30,134 nucleotides of DNA, from positions 1-30,134 of IMG/VR virus record IMGVR_UViG_3300049135_000118; one strand, written 5' to 3'. The DNA is from a virus. Lineage: Duplodnaviria; Caudoviricetes. A program made the position numbers and the translations under genes. This document shows, piece by piece, positions 7,471-16,625 of this stretch (position 1 is the first letter of the stretch; every line of letters starts with the position of its first letter). The notes beneath the pieces were generated by a model. That model ran no database searches. It saw nothing but the letters and a program-made list of their open reading frames with translations, and was not told the DNA's origin.

Positions 7471-7743
7471 ATGACCCATGGACGCCTGCACCTCGACCAG
7501 GTCGCGCACTGGGCCGATGAACCGCTACTCCGTGCGCAGGCCGTGCCGACTGGCGTTCACTCCCACCGTGCGCTCACCGTCGCCGAACTGCGGCTCGTCG
7601 TCGTGCGGGTAACCGACACCTACGACCCGCAGCTCCTCACCGCCTACCGGTCGGCCGACGACGCGATTGCCGCGGCCGAGCGGATCATGGCGCTTCCAGA
7701 CTCGCGCGGCATCGTGCGGGAGTGGACGGTGAAGCGGCGATGA
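7471..7743 (+). CDS. Small hypothetical protein
   Basis: 90-aa ORF after the HD gene; the 50-bp gap contains a -10-like TACAGT and the inverted repeat ACAGTT-N6-AACTGT. Confidence 0.55.
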   Translation: MTHGRLHLDQVAHWADEPLLRAQAVPTGVHSHRALTVAELRLVVVRVTDTYDPQLLTAYRSADDAIAAAERIMALPDSRGIVREWTVKRR

Positions 7744-7840
7744 CCCGGCGCGTCTCCCGGACCGTGTCGTAGGTGGCCGTTAGAGTCGTTGCGCGACCAG
7801 GCGCCAGCGATCTGTGGGGATCAGGACCGGGGCGCAGCGA

Positions 7841-7871
7841 AACGCCCCCGCTCCATCGGAGCGGGGGCGTT
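7841..7871. terminator. Terminator between the convergent lysis and accessory operons
   Basis: 14-bp perfect stem AACGCCCCCGCTCC / GGAGCGGGGGCGTT, 22 bp past the holin stop. Confidence 0.8.
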
Positions 7872-7892
7872 CTGCATCGAGCGTTGGTGCGT

Positions 7893-8105
7893 CTATTCGT
7901 CGGCGAATCCGTTCGTCCGCCGGTTCGTCTTGGTGGGCGTGTGCGCGGCGGCCATGCCGAGACCGGCCTCACCGACGGCGAAGACGGCGACGAGGAGACC
8001 GGTCACGTGGCCGGACATCTCGATGGTGATCAGGCCGAGCGCGACGAGGATCGGCAGGATCGCGAGGGCGATGCGGTACAGGTAGCCGCGGGTGGGCTGG
8101 GACAT
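7893..8105 (-). CDS. Holin
   Basis: 70 aa, RGYLYRIALAILPILVALGLI...LLVAVFAV two-TM pattern, AGGAG SD, last gene of the lysis cassette. Confidence 0.8.
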   Translation of the reverse strand: MSQPTRGYLYRIALAILPILVALGLITIEMSGHVTGLLVAVFAVGEAGLGMAAAHTPTKTNRRTNGFADE

Positions 8106-8106
8106 G

Positions 8107-8484
8107 TCAGTTCTCCTTCTGGTTCTTCGGCGACACGTGGAATCCGTGGTCATTCGCCAGGTGCTTGTCGAGTCGGTCGTGTGCGTGCTCGGCGAGCATC
8201 TCCGCGCGGATCGACCGGGACCGGTTCTGCTCGGCGAACTTCATCAGGGTTTCGATGTGGCCGTTGATGCTCGTAATCTCGCGAGACGATTCCTGGACGT
8301 GGTCGGCGATCGTCTTGTCGTCCGACGTCTCCAGTTGTGCCTGGGTCGCTTTCGAGGCGATCGCAACCTCCTGCATCCGTTTGTCCAGTTTCTTTCCCAG
8401 CCAGCGCAGTCCGGCGAACACGCCGCCGATGACGACGGTCGCCGACGCCAAGACCGCCATCAGCGGCACCAGGTCGACAGTCAT
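8107..8484 (-). CDS. Lysis-cassette membrane protein (single TM plus coiled coil)
   Basis: N-terminal TM LVPLMAVLASATVVIGGVFAGL; located between endolysin and holin. Confidence 0.7.
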   Translation of the reverse strand: MTVDLVPLMAVLASATVVIGGVFAGLRWLGKKLDKRMQEVAIASKATQAQLETSDDKTIADHVQESSREITSINGHIETLMKFAEQNRSRSIRAEMLAEHAHDRLDKHLANDHGFHVSPKNQKEN

Positions 8485-8487
8485 GCG

Positions 8488-9387
8488 CTACTCAGCTCGG
8501 CTGGACAGCCGAGCGGCGAGCTGGTCGACGATCTCCTGAGCAGTGGCCCCGCCCGAGGCGAGGTCGCGGAGCTCGGCGAGCAGCTCGGCGTCGCGGGTAG
8601 CGTCGGCGGCGGCGGCCGCGTTCACGGCTGCGATCACGGCCTTGGTGTCGAGGCCCTTGACGGCGGCGAGGATGGCGGCCTGTCCGGCCTTGATCGCTTT
8701 CACGTCCTGCGGGAGGTGATAGACGCGCTCGAGCGTGCCGCGCAGCGCCGAGGCCGGCGCCCAGTAGGGGTTGGTCTTGCGGTCGGGGGCGTCGCTGGGC
8801 GCGTCGATCAGGCCGTCCGTGTGCCAGAGTTCCTTCGGTGTGGGCATGTCGTCGTCTCCGTTTCCGTTCTTGAGGGCCACCGCGCGTGCGACGATGGCCG
8901 GTTTCTGGGCGATGATCGGGGCGCCGGGGCAGGACTGGTGTCCCCAGTCGGGGTCCATGGAGTGGTGGCCCAGGCCCCGGCCGGTCGCTGAGCTGATGAC
9001 CTGGAGGGGGATGCTGTAGACCTGGTGGCACTTGAGGAGGATGCGCGCGACGGCGTCGATCTGCTTGTCGCTGAGCCGCTCCCAGCCGCCGGGGTTGAGC
9101 CGGTGGCCCTTGGTGAAGCCTTCGCATTCGACCGAGAGCCATTCGCCGTTGCCGGAGCGCTGGGTCCAGGCGGCGTCGCTGGTGTCCACCATCTGGGCGA
9201 TCTGGCCGTCGCGGCCGACGACGAAGTGTGAGGAGATGTTCGAGTCGTTGTTGCGCTGCCACGAGATCGTGCCTTCGAACCAGCCGTCAGCGATGTGGAC
9301 GACGAGGCCGCGGTGCTCGTTCTGGTCGCCCGCGCCGATGTTCGGGGAGGGTCCTCGCCATCGGGCGAGGTCGGTCCATCGGGCCAT
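8488..9387 (-). CDS. Endolysin, N-acetylmuramoyl-L-alanine amidase (Amidase_2 type)
   Basis: GLVVHIA, SSHFVVGRDGQIAQMVD, SVECEG and GHH...SCPG Zn-amidase motifs. Confidence 0.92.
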   Translation of the reverse strand: MARWTDLARWRGPSPNIGAGDQNEHRGLVVHIADGWFEGTISWQRNNDSNISSHFVVGRDGQIAQMVDTSDAAWTQRSGNGEWLSVECEGFTKGHRLNPGGWERLSDKQIDAVARILLKCHQVYSIPLQVISSATGRGLGHHSMDPDWGHQSCPGAPIIAQKPAIVARAVALKNGNGDDDMPTPKELWHTDGLIDAPSDAPDRKTNPYWAPASALRGTLERVYHLPQDVKAIKAGQAAILAAVKGLDTKAVIAAVNAAAAADATRDAELLAELRDLASGGATAQEIVDQLAARLSSRAE

Positions 9388-9447
9388 AGTGGTCTCCTCT
9401 CGGGCACGGCGAAGCGCCGGCCGGGCCGGTGGTGTGGTGGGTTGGGT

Positions 9448-10242
9448 CTAGAAGGCGATGACCGTGAGGGATCGGGCGTCGACGTTTACGTAGTCGGTGC
9501 TCGACAGCCACTTGCGGTACTTCAGCGTGAAGTCGTGGGGGCCGGGGTTCAGCCCGGTCTGGAGGTAGACCGCAGTCGTGGTGGTCACGTTCACGATGCC
9601 GTCGACGAGGGAGACAGCCCCGCCAGAGCGCGATTTGAACGACTGCGCAGAGATGCCGATCTCCTCGTCCGGGTTCACGGTGGTCGCCCCGGAGATCTGG
9701 ACACCGATGGCACCGCCCACCCGGGGGGTGCTGTTCGCGGCGTTGTTGGACGTGGAGAACTCGATGTTGGCGGAGACCATGATCAGCGCGGAACCGGTGA
9801 TGATGTCGACGCCGGTCGCGGCAGGTCCGACGGCAGCCCCGTTGGTCGGGTTGCCGAAAACCTCGCTGTTCCGTTGCGCGATATCGGGATCGAAGGCCGA
9901 ATGGATTCGCGCGGCGAAGATCTCGAGTGACAGCTGCCGGATCAGTTCCTGGCGCATGAAGATGGACGGGCTCTCGCCAGCGTCGACCTCGAACACGAGC
10001 TCGCCCGCCGGGTCGGCCGCGGTGATCTTGCCGCCCTGCACGAACTGGGTGCCACCGTCGCGGATGTAGACGCCGCCGCCGCCCTCGTACGTTGATGAGC
10101 CGCCGGAGTGGTAGCGGGTGCCGCCCGCGCCGATGGAGGCGGATTCCATGCGACGCCCGGAGGTGAGCATCGTGACCAGCGATTCGAGCTTGGCGACCCG
10201 CCGTTGCAGGTTGCCGAGGAACATGCCGTCAGCTTCACTCAT
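9448..10242 (-). CDS. Minor tail protein
   Basis: N-terminal coiled coil (LQRRVAKLE), Gly-rich beta region and beta-sandwich-like C-terminus; last tail gene before the lysin. Confidence 0.75.
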   Translation of the reverse strand: MSEADGMFLGNLQRRVAKLESLVTMLTSGRRMESASIGAGGTRYHSGGSSTYEGGGGVYIRDGGTQFVQGGKITAADPAGELVFEVDAGESPSIFMRQELIRQLSLEIFAARIHSAFDPDIAQRNSEVFGNPTNGAAVGPAATGVDIITGSALIMVSANIEFSTSNNAANSTPRVGGAIGVQISGATTVNPDEEIGISAQSFKSRSGGAVSLVDGIVNVTTTTAVYLQTGLNPGPHDFTLKYRKWLSSTDYVNVDARSLTVIAF

Positions 10243-10248
10243 GAGCGA

Positions 10249-12306
10249 TCAGATCCTTAGGTAGGGCTCGAACAGGCCCTCGTCGAGGTCGAGGCGGTAG
10301 CCGACTAGGCGGCCGACGCCGGACAGGCCGGTCGGGTGCATGTGGCCGAGGACGTCGTACGCGGTGTTATCGCCGAGGTTGAGGTCCACGCCGAGGCGGG
10401 CGGGCGCGAGGTTCCACCGGGCTTGGATGGCAAGCGTCGTGGTGCCGCCGTCGAGGCGGAATAGTTCGCTGATCGCGTGCGCGTCTAGGACCCCGTCATC
10501 GCGGATGGAGGTCGAGGGTGTGAACCGGTGCTCGACGCGGGGGACGCCGGCGGCGAGCGCGGCCTCGTTGCGCATGTGCCTGGACTCGGGGCGGTCCTCG
10601 CCCTCACCGGAGGAGTAGGCGAGGACGTCGTTCGCGCCAGCGCCCTTGCCGTAGTCGTGGACGACCTCGTATTCCGTGACCGCATCGGAGCGGGTGGAGA
10701 GCGGCCCGCGGGGGATGGTCGATCCGATCCGGTTCCGGGCCCGGAAGATCAACTGCACCGCCTGTTTGCGAGGCGTTTTCCAGTCGAGGTCGATGGTCCA
10801 CTCGAGTCCGTTGTTCACGTCCATCAACTCAGTGAGCCGCTGGTAGAACGTGGCGTCCTCGTCGTCGAAGTAGTCGCGGTCACGGGGGACGCCGGACAGC
10901 GGCGCGTCGACGGCGAGGTTGATGCCCTCCTCGTTGACGGCGTCGATGAGCGCGGCGGCGAGGAGCGCCTGGTCTCTCTGCTGGAACGAGAAATTGCCGA
11001 TGAACCGGCGATCCAGGTATGACTCCGGTGTGGCGCACCCGAGTTCGATGGTCGCGGACGAGCCGCCGCGGACTCGCCAGATGATGCCCGCCCATGACGG
11101 GATGTCGTTGATGACGGCGACGATCATGCGCGTCGGCAACTGGTCGGGTCCGATGGCCTGGTCGAGGAGGCCGCCGAGCGCGAGCGGGCCGGCCAGCGGC
11201 GCGGGGATGGTGAGCGTGTCGGACGTGTACGCGCCGAGGGCCCGCGATATCCCCCCGGTGAGGCCGTGCAGGTAGGCGACCTTGTTGCCGGTCTTGACGT
11301 CGCAGGCGACCCACTCGACCGTCGTGCGGACGACGGCGGACCCGATCTGCGTGGGCGTCTCCGGGGCCGGGGGGACGTACGGGGCGTGGATGAAGGTGCG
11401 GTAGATATGCCAGATCGAGTCCGACTCGGTCCGGAACCCGGAGTACCAGACGCGCCATCCCGGGATGCCGCCGTCGGTGTCGGGCAGAAGGACCGCGCGG
11501 TAGAGGCTGGTGTGCTCGCCGGGCTGCTCGCGGGGGATGACCGACGTCCCGGAGTTGGTCCAGGTGAGCCCGTCGCTGCTGACGACCATGAGGAGGTCGC
11601 CGGAGGAGCCCCCGATCAAGCGGTCGTTGAGCAGCCCGATGTACCCGTCAGCGGTTCGGATGATGCCGAGGTGCCAGGCTTCGCGTTCGTCGGGCATGGG
11701 GCCCATGGAGACGCCCACCGGGTCGCCCCACGTGCTGGTGGGCAGGGCTCCGCCTTGCAGCCGGACGACCTGGTTCGGGGCGGGAGTGATGTCGACCGCC
11801 CACATGGCCCACGCGCCGCCCTCGTAGAGGAAGCACGGGGACAGCAGTCGCCTGACGGTGTGGTCGGAGGAGTAGATCAGCGCTTTCGGGGACCAGGTGC
11901 GGCCGTCGATGCTCGAGGTGTAGTAGATGCGCTCCTCGGTGCCTGCGCTGCCTCCGCTGCCGTCGTAGTACCTCCAGAAAAGATGCAGCGTCCCGTCGTA
12001 GTAGCGGAGGTCGACGTCGCTGTTGTACGGCCCGGGCGAGCCGGGCATGTCGTCGATGGGGTTCGAGACGCCGAGCGGCACAACCCAGTTGATGCCGTCG
12101 AACGAGGCGTAGATCCAGGGGTCCTCTTTGCTGTCGTCGCTCCCGGGGTACGGGTTGGCCGCCATCCAGTAGAGGTATCCACCGAACATGTCCGGGGTGT
12201 GCACGACGGCCGGGTGGACCACCTGGCCGTCGTTGCCCTCCTCTGTCGGGATGTGGAGGCGGGTACCGACCGGGCCGGAGACCTGTGTGGGGTCGGGGAG
12301 TGCCAT
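10249..12306 (-). CDS. Tail tip/baseplate hub (Tal, Gp37-like) with N-terminal glycoside-hydrolase-like beta-propeller
   Basis: Residues ~1-310 show a propeller pattern (VVHPAVV...YWMAANPYP...EDPWIYASFDGINW, SSIDGRTWS, SSDGLTWT), then a PYVPPAPETP linker, then a hub-like region (WAGIIWRV...ESYLDRR...LNLGD). Confidence 0.75.
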   Translation of the reverse strand: MALPDPTQVSGPVGTRLHIPTEEGNDGQVVHPAVVHTPDMFGGYLYWMAANPYPGSDDSKEDPWIYASFDGINWVVPLGVSNPIDDMPGSPGPYNSDVDLRYYDGTLHLFWRYYDGSGGSAGTEERIYYTSSIDGRTWSPKALIYSSDHTVRRLLSPCFLYEGGAWAMWAVDITPAPNQVVRLQGGALPTSTWGDPVGVSMGPMPDEREAWHLGIIRTADGYIGLLNDRLIGGSSGDLLMVVSSDGLTWTNSGTSVIPREQPGEHTSLYRAVLLPDTDGGIPGWRVWYSGFRTESDSIWHIYRTFIHAPYVPPAPETPTQIGSAVVRTTVEWVACDVKTGNKVAYLHGLTGGISRALGAYTSDTLTIPAPLAGPLALGGLLDQAIGPDQLPTRMIVAVINDIPSWAGIIWRVRGGSSATIELGCATPESYLDRRFIGNFSFQQRDQALLAAALIDAVNEEGINLAVDAPLSGVPRDRDYFDDEDATFYQRLTELMDVNNGLEWTIDLDWKTPRKQAVQLIFRARNRIGSTIPRGPLSTRSDAVTEYEVVHDYGKGAGANDVLAYSSGEGEDRPESRHMRNEAALAAGVPRVEHRFTPSTSIRDDGVLDAHAISELFRLDGGTTTLAIQARWNLAPARLGVDLNLGDNTAYDVLGHMHPTGLSGVGRLVGYRLDLDEGLFEPYLRI

Positions 12307-12309
12307 GCG

Positions 12310-13620
12310 CTACCCGAGCACCTGGTCCACAGAGAGGATGGACGGTTCGTTGGCGTTCGCGTTGCAGGAGAACGTGCCGGAGCCGAAGGCTCGGTGGCAA
12401 GTGCCGACGAAGGTTTTGGTGGTGGTGCTCGGTGCGACCCATTCGGTCTCCACGACCGCGCCGAAGTCGTTGTTAGCCATGGCGATCGCTGTGTGGGTGT
12501 ACTGGAGGACCGCCCCGGCAAGGTTGGTGTCGCGGATGCGCCAACGCGCGGACTCGACAGCGGTCGACGAGGCGGCCGTGGAGGCGACGTCCGCGACCCA
12601 ACGAATGCGGTAGGTCCGGCCGCTCACGACGGGGACAGCGCTGATCGTCTGGATCACGGCCTCGGAGGAGAACCCGGCCGAGTTCCCGATGCGCGTCGAG
12701 GTGGCGATCCGCCGCGTGGCGCCGTAGGAGGCGGCCGAGGCGAACCGTTCCCAGGTGGACCCGGTCCAGACGACCTCGGTGGCCTCGTCGATGAGGTAGC
12801 AGCGCATACCCCTGTAGCGGCCGACGGTCGGCAAGCTGGCGAAGTTGGCGACCGGCTTCGTGCCACCGAGGGCGGTCAGGTCAGCCAGCGCGAGCGTGAG
12901 CGCCGGGGCCGGAGAACCGTTGACGCCAATCTGCACCGTTCCCAGATCGACCTCGCCGGGGTCGATGGCCGGTGCGGGCTGGCCCGGTGTGCCGGTCTTG
13001 ATAGCGCCGATCGCGTGCCGGAACCCCAAGCTGTCGACGGTGGTGTCCTGGATGCGGGCCACGAGCCGGTCCACGCGGACCTGCGAGGGGTCGGCGGGGG
13101 CGATCGACTGCGTGCTGTCGGTGGTGAGCATCCACCGGTACGGCCCGGAGATGGCCGTCCACGGCGCGGACGTGACCGACGTGATGCCCGCGCAGGGCCC
13201 GAACGTGACGTTGTAGCCCGCGAGGCTCACGGCGGGGTTGCCGGGACGGATGCCGGAGACGGTGGTCGCGCCGGTCGCGCCGGGCCACATGAGCGGCAGG
13301 TCGAGGCGGCGCAGCTCGTCGTCGGCGTACTCGGCGCCGGCGAGCTTGACCGTCACCTCGCCGTCGGAGGTGAACACCATGGTGGGCCCGCCCGGGGACG
13401 GGCGCAGCCGGAACGTGGACGTGGAGACGAGGGCGACCCAGTACGGTGCGTTCGGGACGAGCACGCCGATCGCGCCGAGCGTCGGCGATGCGGTGTAGAC
13501 GAGCTGGCCGTCGACCAGGCCGTGCGCGGCCGCGGTCGTGAGCAGGCCGCTGGCGGCGGTGACGGTCGCGGTCCCCACGGTGGTCGTGGGGCCGGTGCTC
13601 ATCCATGCAGCGTCAGGCAC
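12310..13620 (-). CDS. Minor tail / baseplate protein
   Basis: GGAGG SD before the GTG. N-terminal AHGLVDGQLVY...YWV...TFRL module and PADPSQVRVDRLVARIQD motif; follows Dit. Confidence 0.75.
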   Translation of the reverse strand: MPDAAWMSTGPTTTVGTATVTAASGLLTTAAAHGLVDGQLVYTASPTLGAIGVLVPNAPYWVALVSTSTFRLRPSPGGPTMVFTSDGEVTVKLAGAEYADDELRRLDLPLMWPGATGATTVSGIRPGNPAVSLAGYNVTFGPCAGITSVTSAPWTAISGPYRWMLTTDSTQSIAPADPSQVRVDRLVARIQDTTVDSLGFRHAIGAIKTGTPGQPAPAIDPGEVDLGTVQIGVNGSPAPALTLALADLTALGGTKPVANFASLPTVGRYRGMRCYLIDEATEVVWTGSTWERFASAASYGATRRIATSTRIGNSAGFSSEAVIQTISAVPVVSGRTYRIRWVADVASTAASSTAVESARWRIRDTNLAGAVLQYTHTAIAMANNDFGAVVETEWVAPSTTTKTFVGTCHRAFGSGTFSCNANANEPSILSVDQVLG

Positions 13621-13629
13621 TAGAACCTC

Positions 13630-14475
13630 CTAGTAGGTGTCGCGCCAGCGCGCGGTGAGTCGGGGGACGGGTCCGTAGTGGTCGGACTCGAACCGGATCA
13701 ATGCCGGTCCGGGCGGCAGGAGCGGCCAGTCGCCGGAATGGTCGAACAGGCGGGTTGTGGAGCCGTTCAACATGACGGTCTGCTTCTGGGTGTCGACCTC
13801 GAGCCAGTCGTCCGCGCCGAGCACCGTGTCAAGCGACAGCATCTGGAACGTCGTGTCCGTGACCACCGAGATGCGCGGTGCCGGAACGGGCCCGGTGATC
13901 CGCAGCAGCAGTGTCGCGGGGCTTTTACCAGCGTTGAAGACGTCGACCTCGCCACCGGCGACGACAGAATGGGAGACGGCCGGGACGCGGAACGGGACCC
14001 CGAACCCGCCGGTGCGGTACAGGAGTCCCATCTCGACCGAGTGCTCGACCGCGGAGTACGTGCGGTCGTCTGAGGCGGTGAACATGCACGACTCAACGGA
14101 GATGCCGACGCCGGCGCGTTGCGGGTCGGGGTCGGTACCCTCGGCGGTGCCGAACATGATCCGTTCGTAGCCGTGGAGGTTCCATTCGAGCTCGTGCTCG
14201 ATCGAGCTGGTGCCGATCGCGTCGAACGCGGCGGCGAGGGCGTCGTGCAGCGGCACCCAGTCGGCGGGGTTGGGGGCCATGATGATCACGGTCATGGGGA
14301 CCGGGACCGCGTCGCGGAACTGGGCACCCTTCCAGCGGCCGTGTCCGAACGGGACCGGGCCGCCTCGCCCTTGGCGGAGGGGCCGCTTCCAGGGGTTGAA
14401 GCCGCGGACGATGTAGGGCGTGCCGCGGCCCATGACGAGGTCGTTCACGCGGATCTGTCCGGGGTCCAGCGCCAT
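13630..14475 (-). CDS. Distal tail protein (Dit)
   Basis: Starts MALDPGQIRVND at 14475 (TGATG overlap with the TMP stop). NAGKSPA...ITGP...WPLLPPG...WRDTY is a typical Dit C-terminus. Confidence 0.85.
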   Translation of the reverse strand: MALDPGQIRVNDLVMGRGTPYIVRGFNPWKRPLRQGRGGPVPFGHGRWKGAQFRDAVPVPMTVIIMAPNPADWVPLHDALAAAFDAIGTSSIEHELEWNLHGYERIMFGTAEGTDPDPQRAGVGISVESCMFTASDDRTYSAVEHSVEMGLLYRTGGFGVPFRVPAVSHSVVAGGEVDVFNAGKSPATLLLRITGPVPAPRISVVTDTTFQMLSLDTVLGADDWLEVDTQKQTVMLNGSTTRLFDHSGDWPLLPPGPALIRFESDHYGPVPRLTARWRDTY

Positions 14476-16604
14476 CAATCCACCGCCATCGCGTTCACTC
14501 GGTTGATCTCGGTCCGGGTGGGCCCGTACGTGGTGACCTCGATGCGGCCCATGGAGGACGCGACGCGGTTCAGGAGCTCGCGGTCGGCTTCGGAGAACTG
14601 GACGGCCGCTGCCGCGGCGCTGGCGTTGGTGCCGCCGATGTCGGGGAGTGCGGCGGTGGCGAGGACGTTGGAGGCGATGGAGACGCCCGCGATGGACTTG
14701 CGGATGCCGAGGGCGAGGCCTGCGCCGATGTTCTCGCCGAAGCCCATCATCAGCCGGGAGGGGCTCGCGATGCCGAAGAAGTCCTTCACGTCCCCGGCGA
14801 TGCCCTCGAGCAGGCCCCAAATCCAGTCCTTAATGGACCCGGCTACGTTCTTCATGCCGTTCCACAGGCCGTTGAGGAGGTCCTCGCCCTTGTCGAGCAG
14901 GTAGGAGCCGAGGTCGCCGAGGGCGTCCAGGATCTGCCCGGGGAGGCCGTTCGCCCAGGTGACGAGTGCGACCATCCGTTGGACGGCGGCGTCTTTGGCG
15001 GCACCGAACCAGGCCCGGAATTTGTCGTCCAGTGAGCCGAACCAGGCGAGGACCGCGGCGATCGCCCGCACCCCGATATCGAACTGCTGTTCGAACCAGC
15101 GCCAGATGCCGACGAAGAAATTGCCGATGGCGTTGAACACTGTGGACGTCACGGACTTGATCTCGTCCCAGTTTGCGATCACCCAGCCGACGACGAGCGA
15201 GAGACCGCCGGTGAAAATCGCGAAAATCCACGGCCACCATTGGAGAAAAAATTCACCGATCGCCGAAAAAATCTCGCTCGCCTTGGACTTGATCAGCTCC
15301 CAACCGACGACGATCACGGCGCGGATCGTGTCCCAGTTCTGCACCAGGGCAACGACGATCGCGATCAGGGCAACGATCGCGACGATGATCAAACCGATCG
15401 GGTTCGCCAGCATCGCGGCATTCCACAGCCATTGCGCTGCGGTCACGAGGCCGATTGCGGCCGCGATCGGGAGGAGGTACGGGGCGAGGGGCATCAGCCA
15501 ACCCGCGAGCTGCTGCAGGAGCGGGAGCGCTGGCTCCATGGCCTCGACGAAGTCGGTCTGGATGGTCCGGCCGAGGGTCGTGAACGAGGCGGCCGCGTTG
15601 TCGTTGAGGGTGGCGCCCATGCGGTCCGCGGCGCCGCCCGTGCTGTCCAGCGCAGCCTCGGCGTCGACCAGCCCGGAGAGGAACGCGGGGATGTCGGTGA
15701 CCGCGATGTCCTCCAGCGGGGTACCGAACAAGCCGATGGCGGCGTTGGCGCGGGCGGTGGGGTCCTCGATGGAGAGGAGCCCGTTCACGATCTCGTCGAA
15801 CGCGGTCTTCGCGGTGTCGCCGCCGGCGAGGATCCGGTTCGACATGGTCTCGGCGTCCATGCCGATCGCGTCGAACGCAGCGACGCTGGAGGTCGACATG
15901 TCCGTCGCCTTGATCGAGAATTCCTTCAAGGCGTCGCCGGTCTTGTCGATCTCGTACGTGCCGCCCGCGCTCGCGGCAGCGAGCAGCCCGAAGGCCTCCT
16001 CACCGGAGAACCCGAGCTGGGCGAAAAACTGCCCATACTCGTCGGCGGCGTCCAGGACGTCGGCTTGCAGACCGGGCATGGTCTCCGCGGATGCGGCGGC
16101 GATCAGGTCGAACGCCTCGACCATGTTCCCGGCCAGGCCTTCACGGACGGCCTGCCCAGCGATCTGGGTGACGCGGGTGACGTCCTCGCCGAGGATCACG
16201 GCCAGGTCGAGCGCTTTCGCGCCCATGTCGGTCAGTTCCTGATCGGTGATGTCGCCCAGGTCGCCCGTGTTCGCGATGACCCCGCGAAGGGCGTCGTTGA
16301 CTTCCTCGATGGACCCGCCGTAGGCGTTCGCGAACAGCGTGCCCGCGGCGTCGCCGACCCGCTCGGACTCCTCGGCGGTCAGGTCCAGTTGCGCAGCGAC
16401 CTTGTCCGTGGCGACTTCGATGTTCATGGCCTCGCCGAGCGCGGCACCGAGCGCCGCGCCCGCGGCCAGGCCGGCGGCGGCCGCGGCGGTCTGCAGCCCG
16501 TCGCCGAACCGGTCGAACCGCGACTCGGAGTCGTCCAGGCCCCGCCTGAACTCGGTGTTGTCGAGGCCGACGTACCCGACGAGCTCGCCGATCGTCATCA
16601 CCAT
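14475..16604 (-). CDS. Tape measure protein
   Basis: 709 aa, Ala/Gly-rich, TIGELVGYVGLD start, DKTGDALKEF core, ANPIGLII hydrophobic region, Trp/Phe repeats and FFGIASPSR. Confidence 0.95.
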   Translation of the reverse strand: MVMTIGELVGYVGLDNTEFRRGLDDSESRFDRFGDGLQTAAAAAGLAAGAALGAALGEAMNIEVATDKVAAQLDLTAEESERVGDAAGTLFANAYGGSIEEVNDALRGVIANTGDLGDITDQELTDMGAKALDLAVILGEDVTRVTQIAGQAVREGLAGNMVEAFDLIAAASAETMPGLQADVLDAADEYGQFFAQLGFSGEEAFGLLAAASAGGTYEIDKTGDALKEFSIKATDMSTSSVAAFDAIGMDAETMSNRILAGGDTAKTAFDEIVNGLLSIEDPTARANAAIGLFGTPLEDIAVTDIPAFLSGLVDAEAALDSTGGAADRMGATLNDNAAASFTTLGRTIQTDFVEAMEPALPLLQQLAGWLMPLAPYLLPIAAAIGLVTAAQWLWNAAMLANPIGLIIVAIVALIAIVVALVQNWDTIRAVIVVGWELIKSKASEIFSAIGEFFLQWWPWIFAIFTGGLSLVVGWVIANWDEIKSVTSTVFNAIGNFFVGIWRWFEQQFDIGVRAIAAVLAWFGSLDDKFRAWFGAAKDAAVQRMVALVTWANGLPGQILDALGDLGSYLLDKGEDLLNGLWNGMKNVAGSIKDWIWGLLEGIAGDVKDFFGIASPSRLMMGFGENIGAGLALGIRKSIAGVSIASNVLATAALPDIGGTNASAAAAAVQFSEADRELLNRVASSMGRIEVTTYGPTRTEINRVNAMAVD

Positions 16605-16625
16605 GGGCCACCCCCTATGTGGTTG

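Noticed and set aside
9448-13620. Diversity-generating retroelement or invertible tail-fibre cassette
   Set aside because: I saw no reverse transcriptase, no template/variable repeat pair and no invertase or flanking inverted repeats.
11266-13623. Long plus-strand ORFs (785 aa here; also 216-1604, 15240-16847, 20191-21675, 23037-24995)
   Set aside because: They are antisense shadows of well-supported minus-strand genes in high-GC DNA, with no motifs and low-complexity composition.
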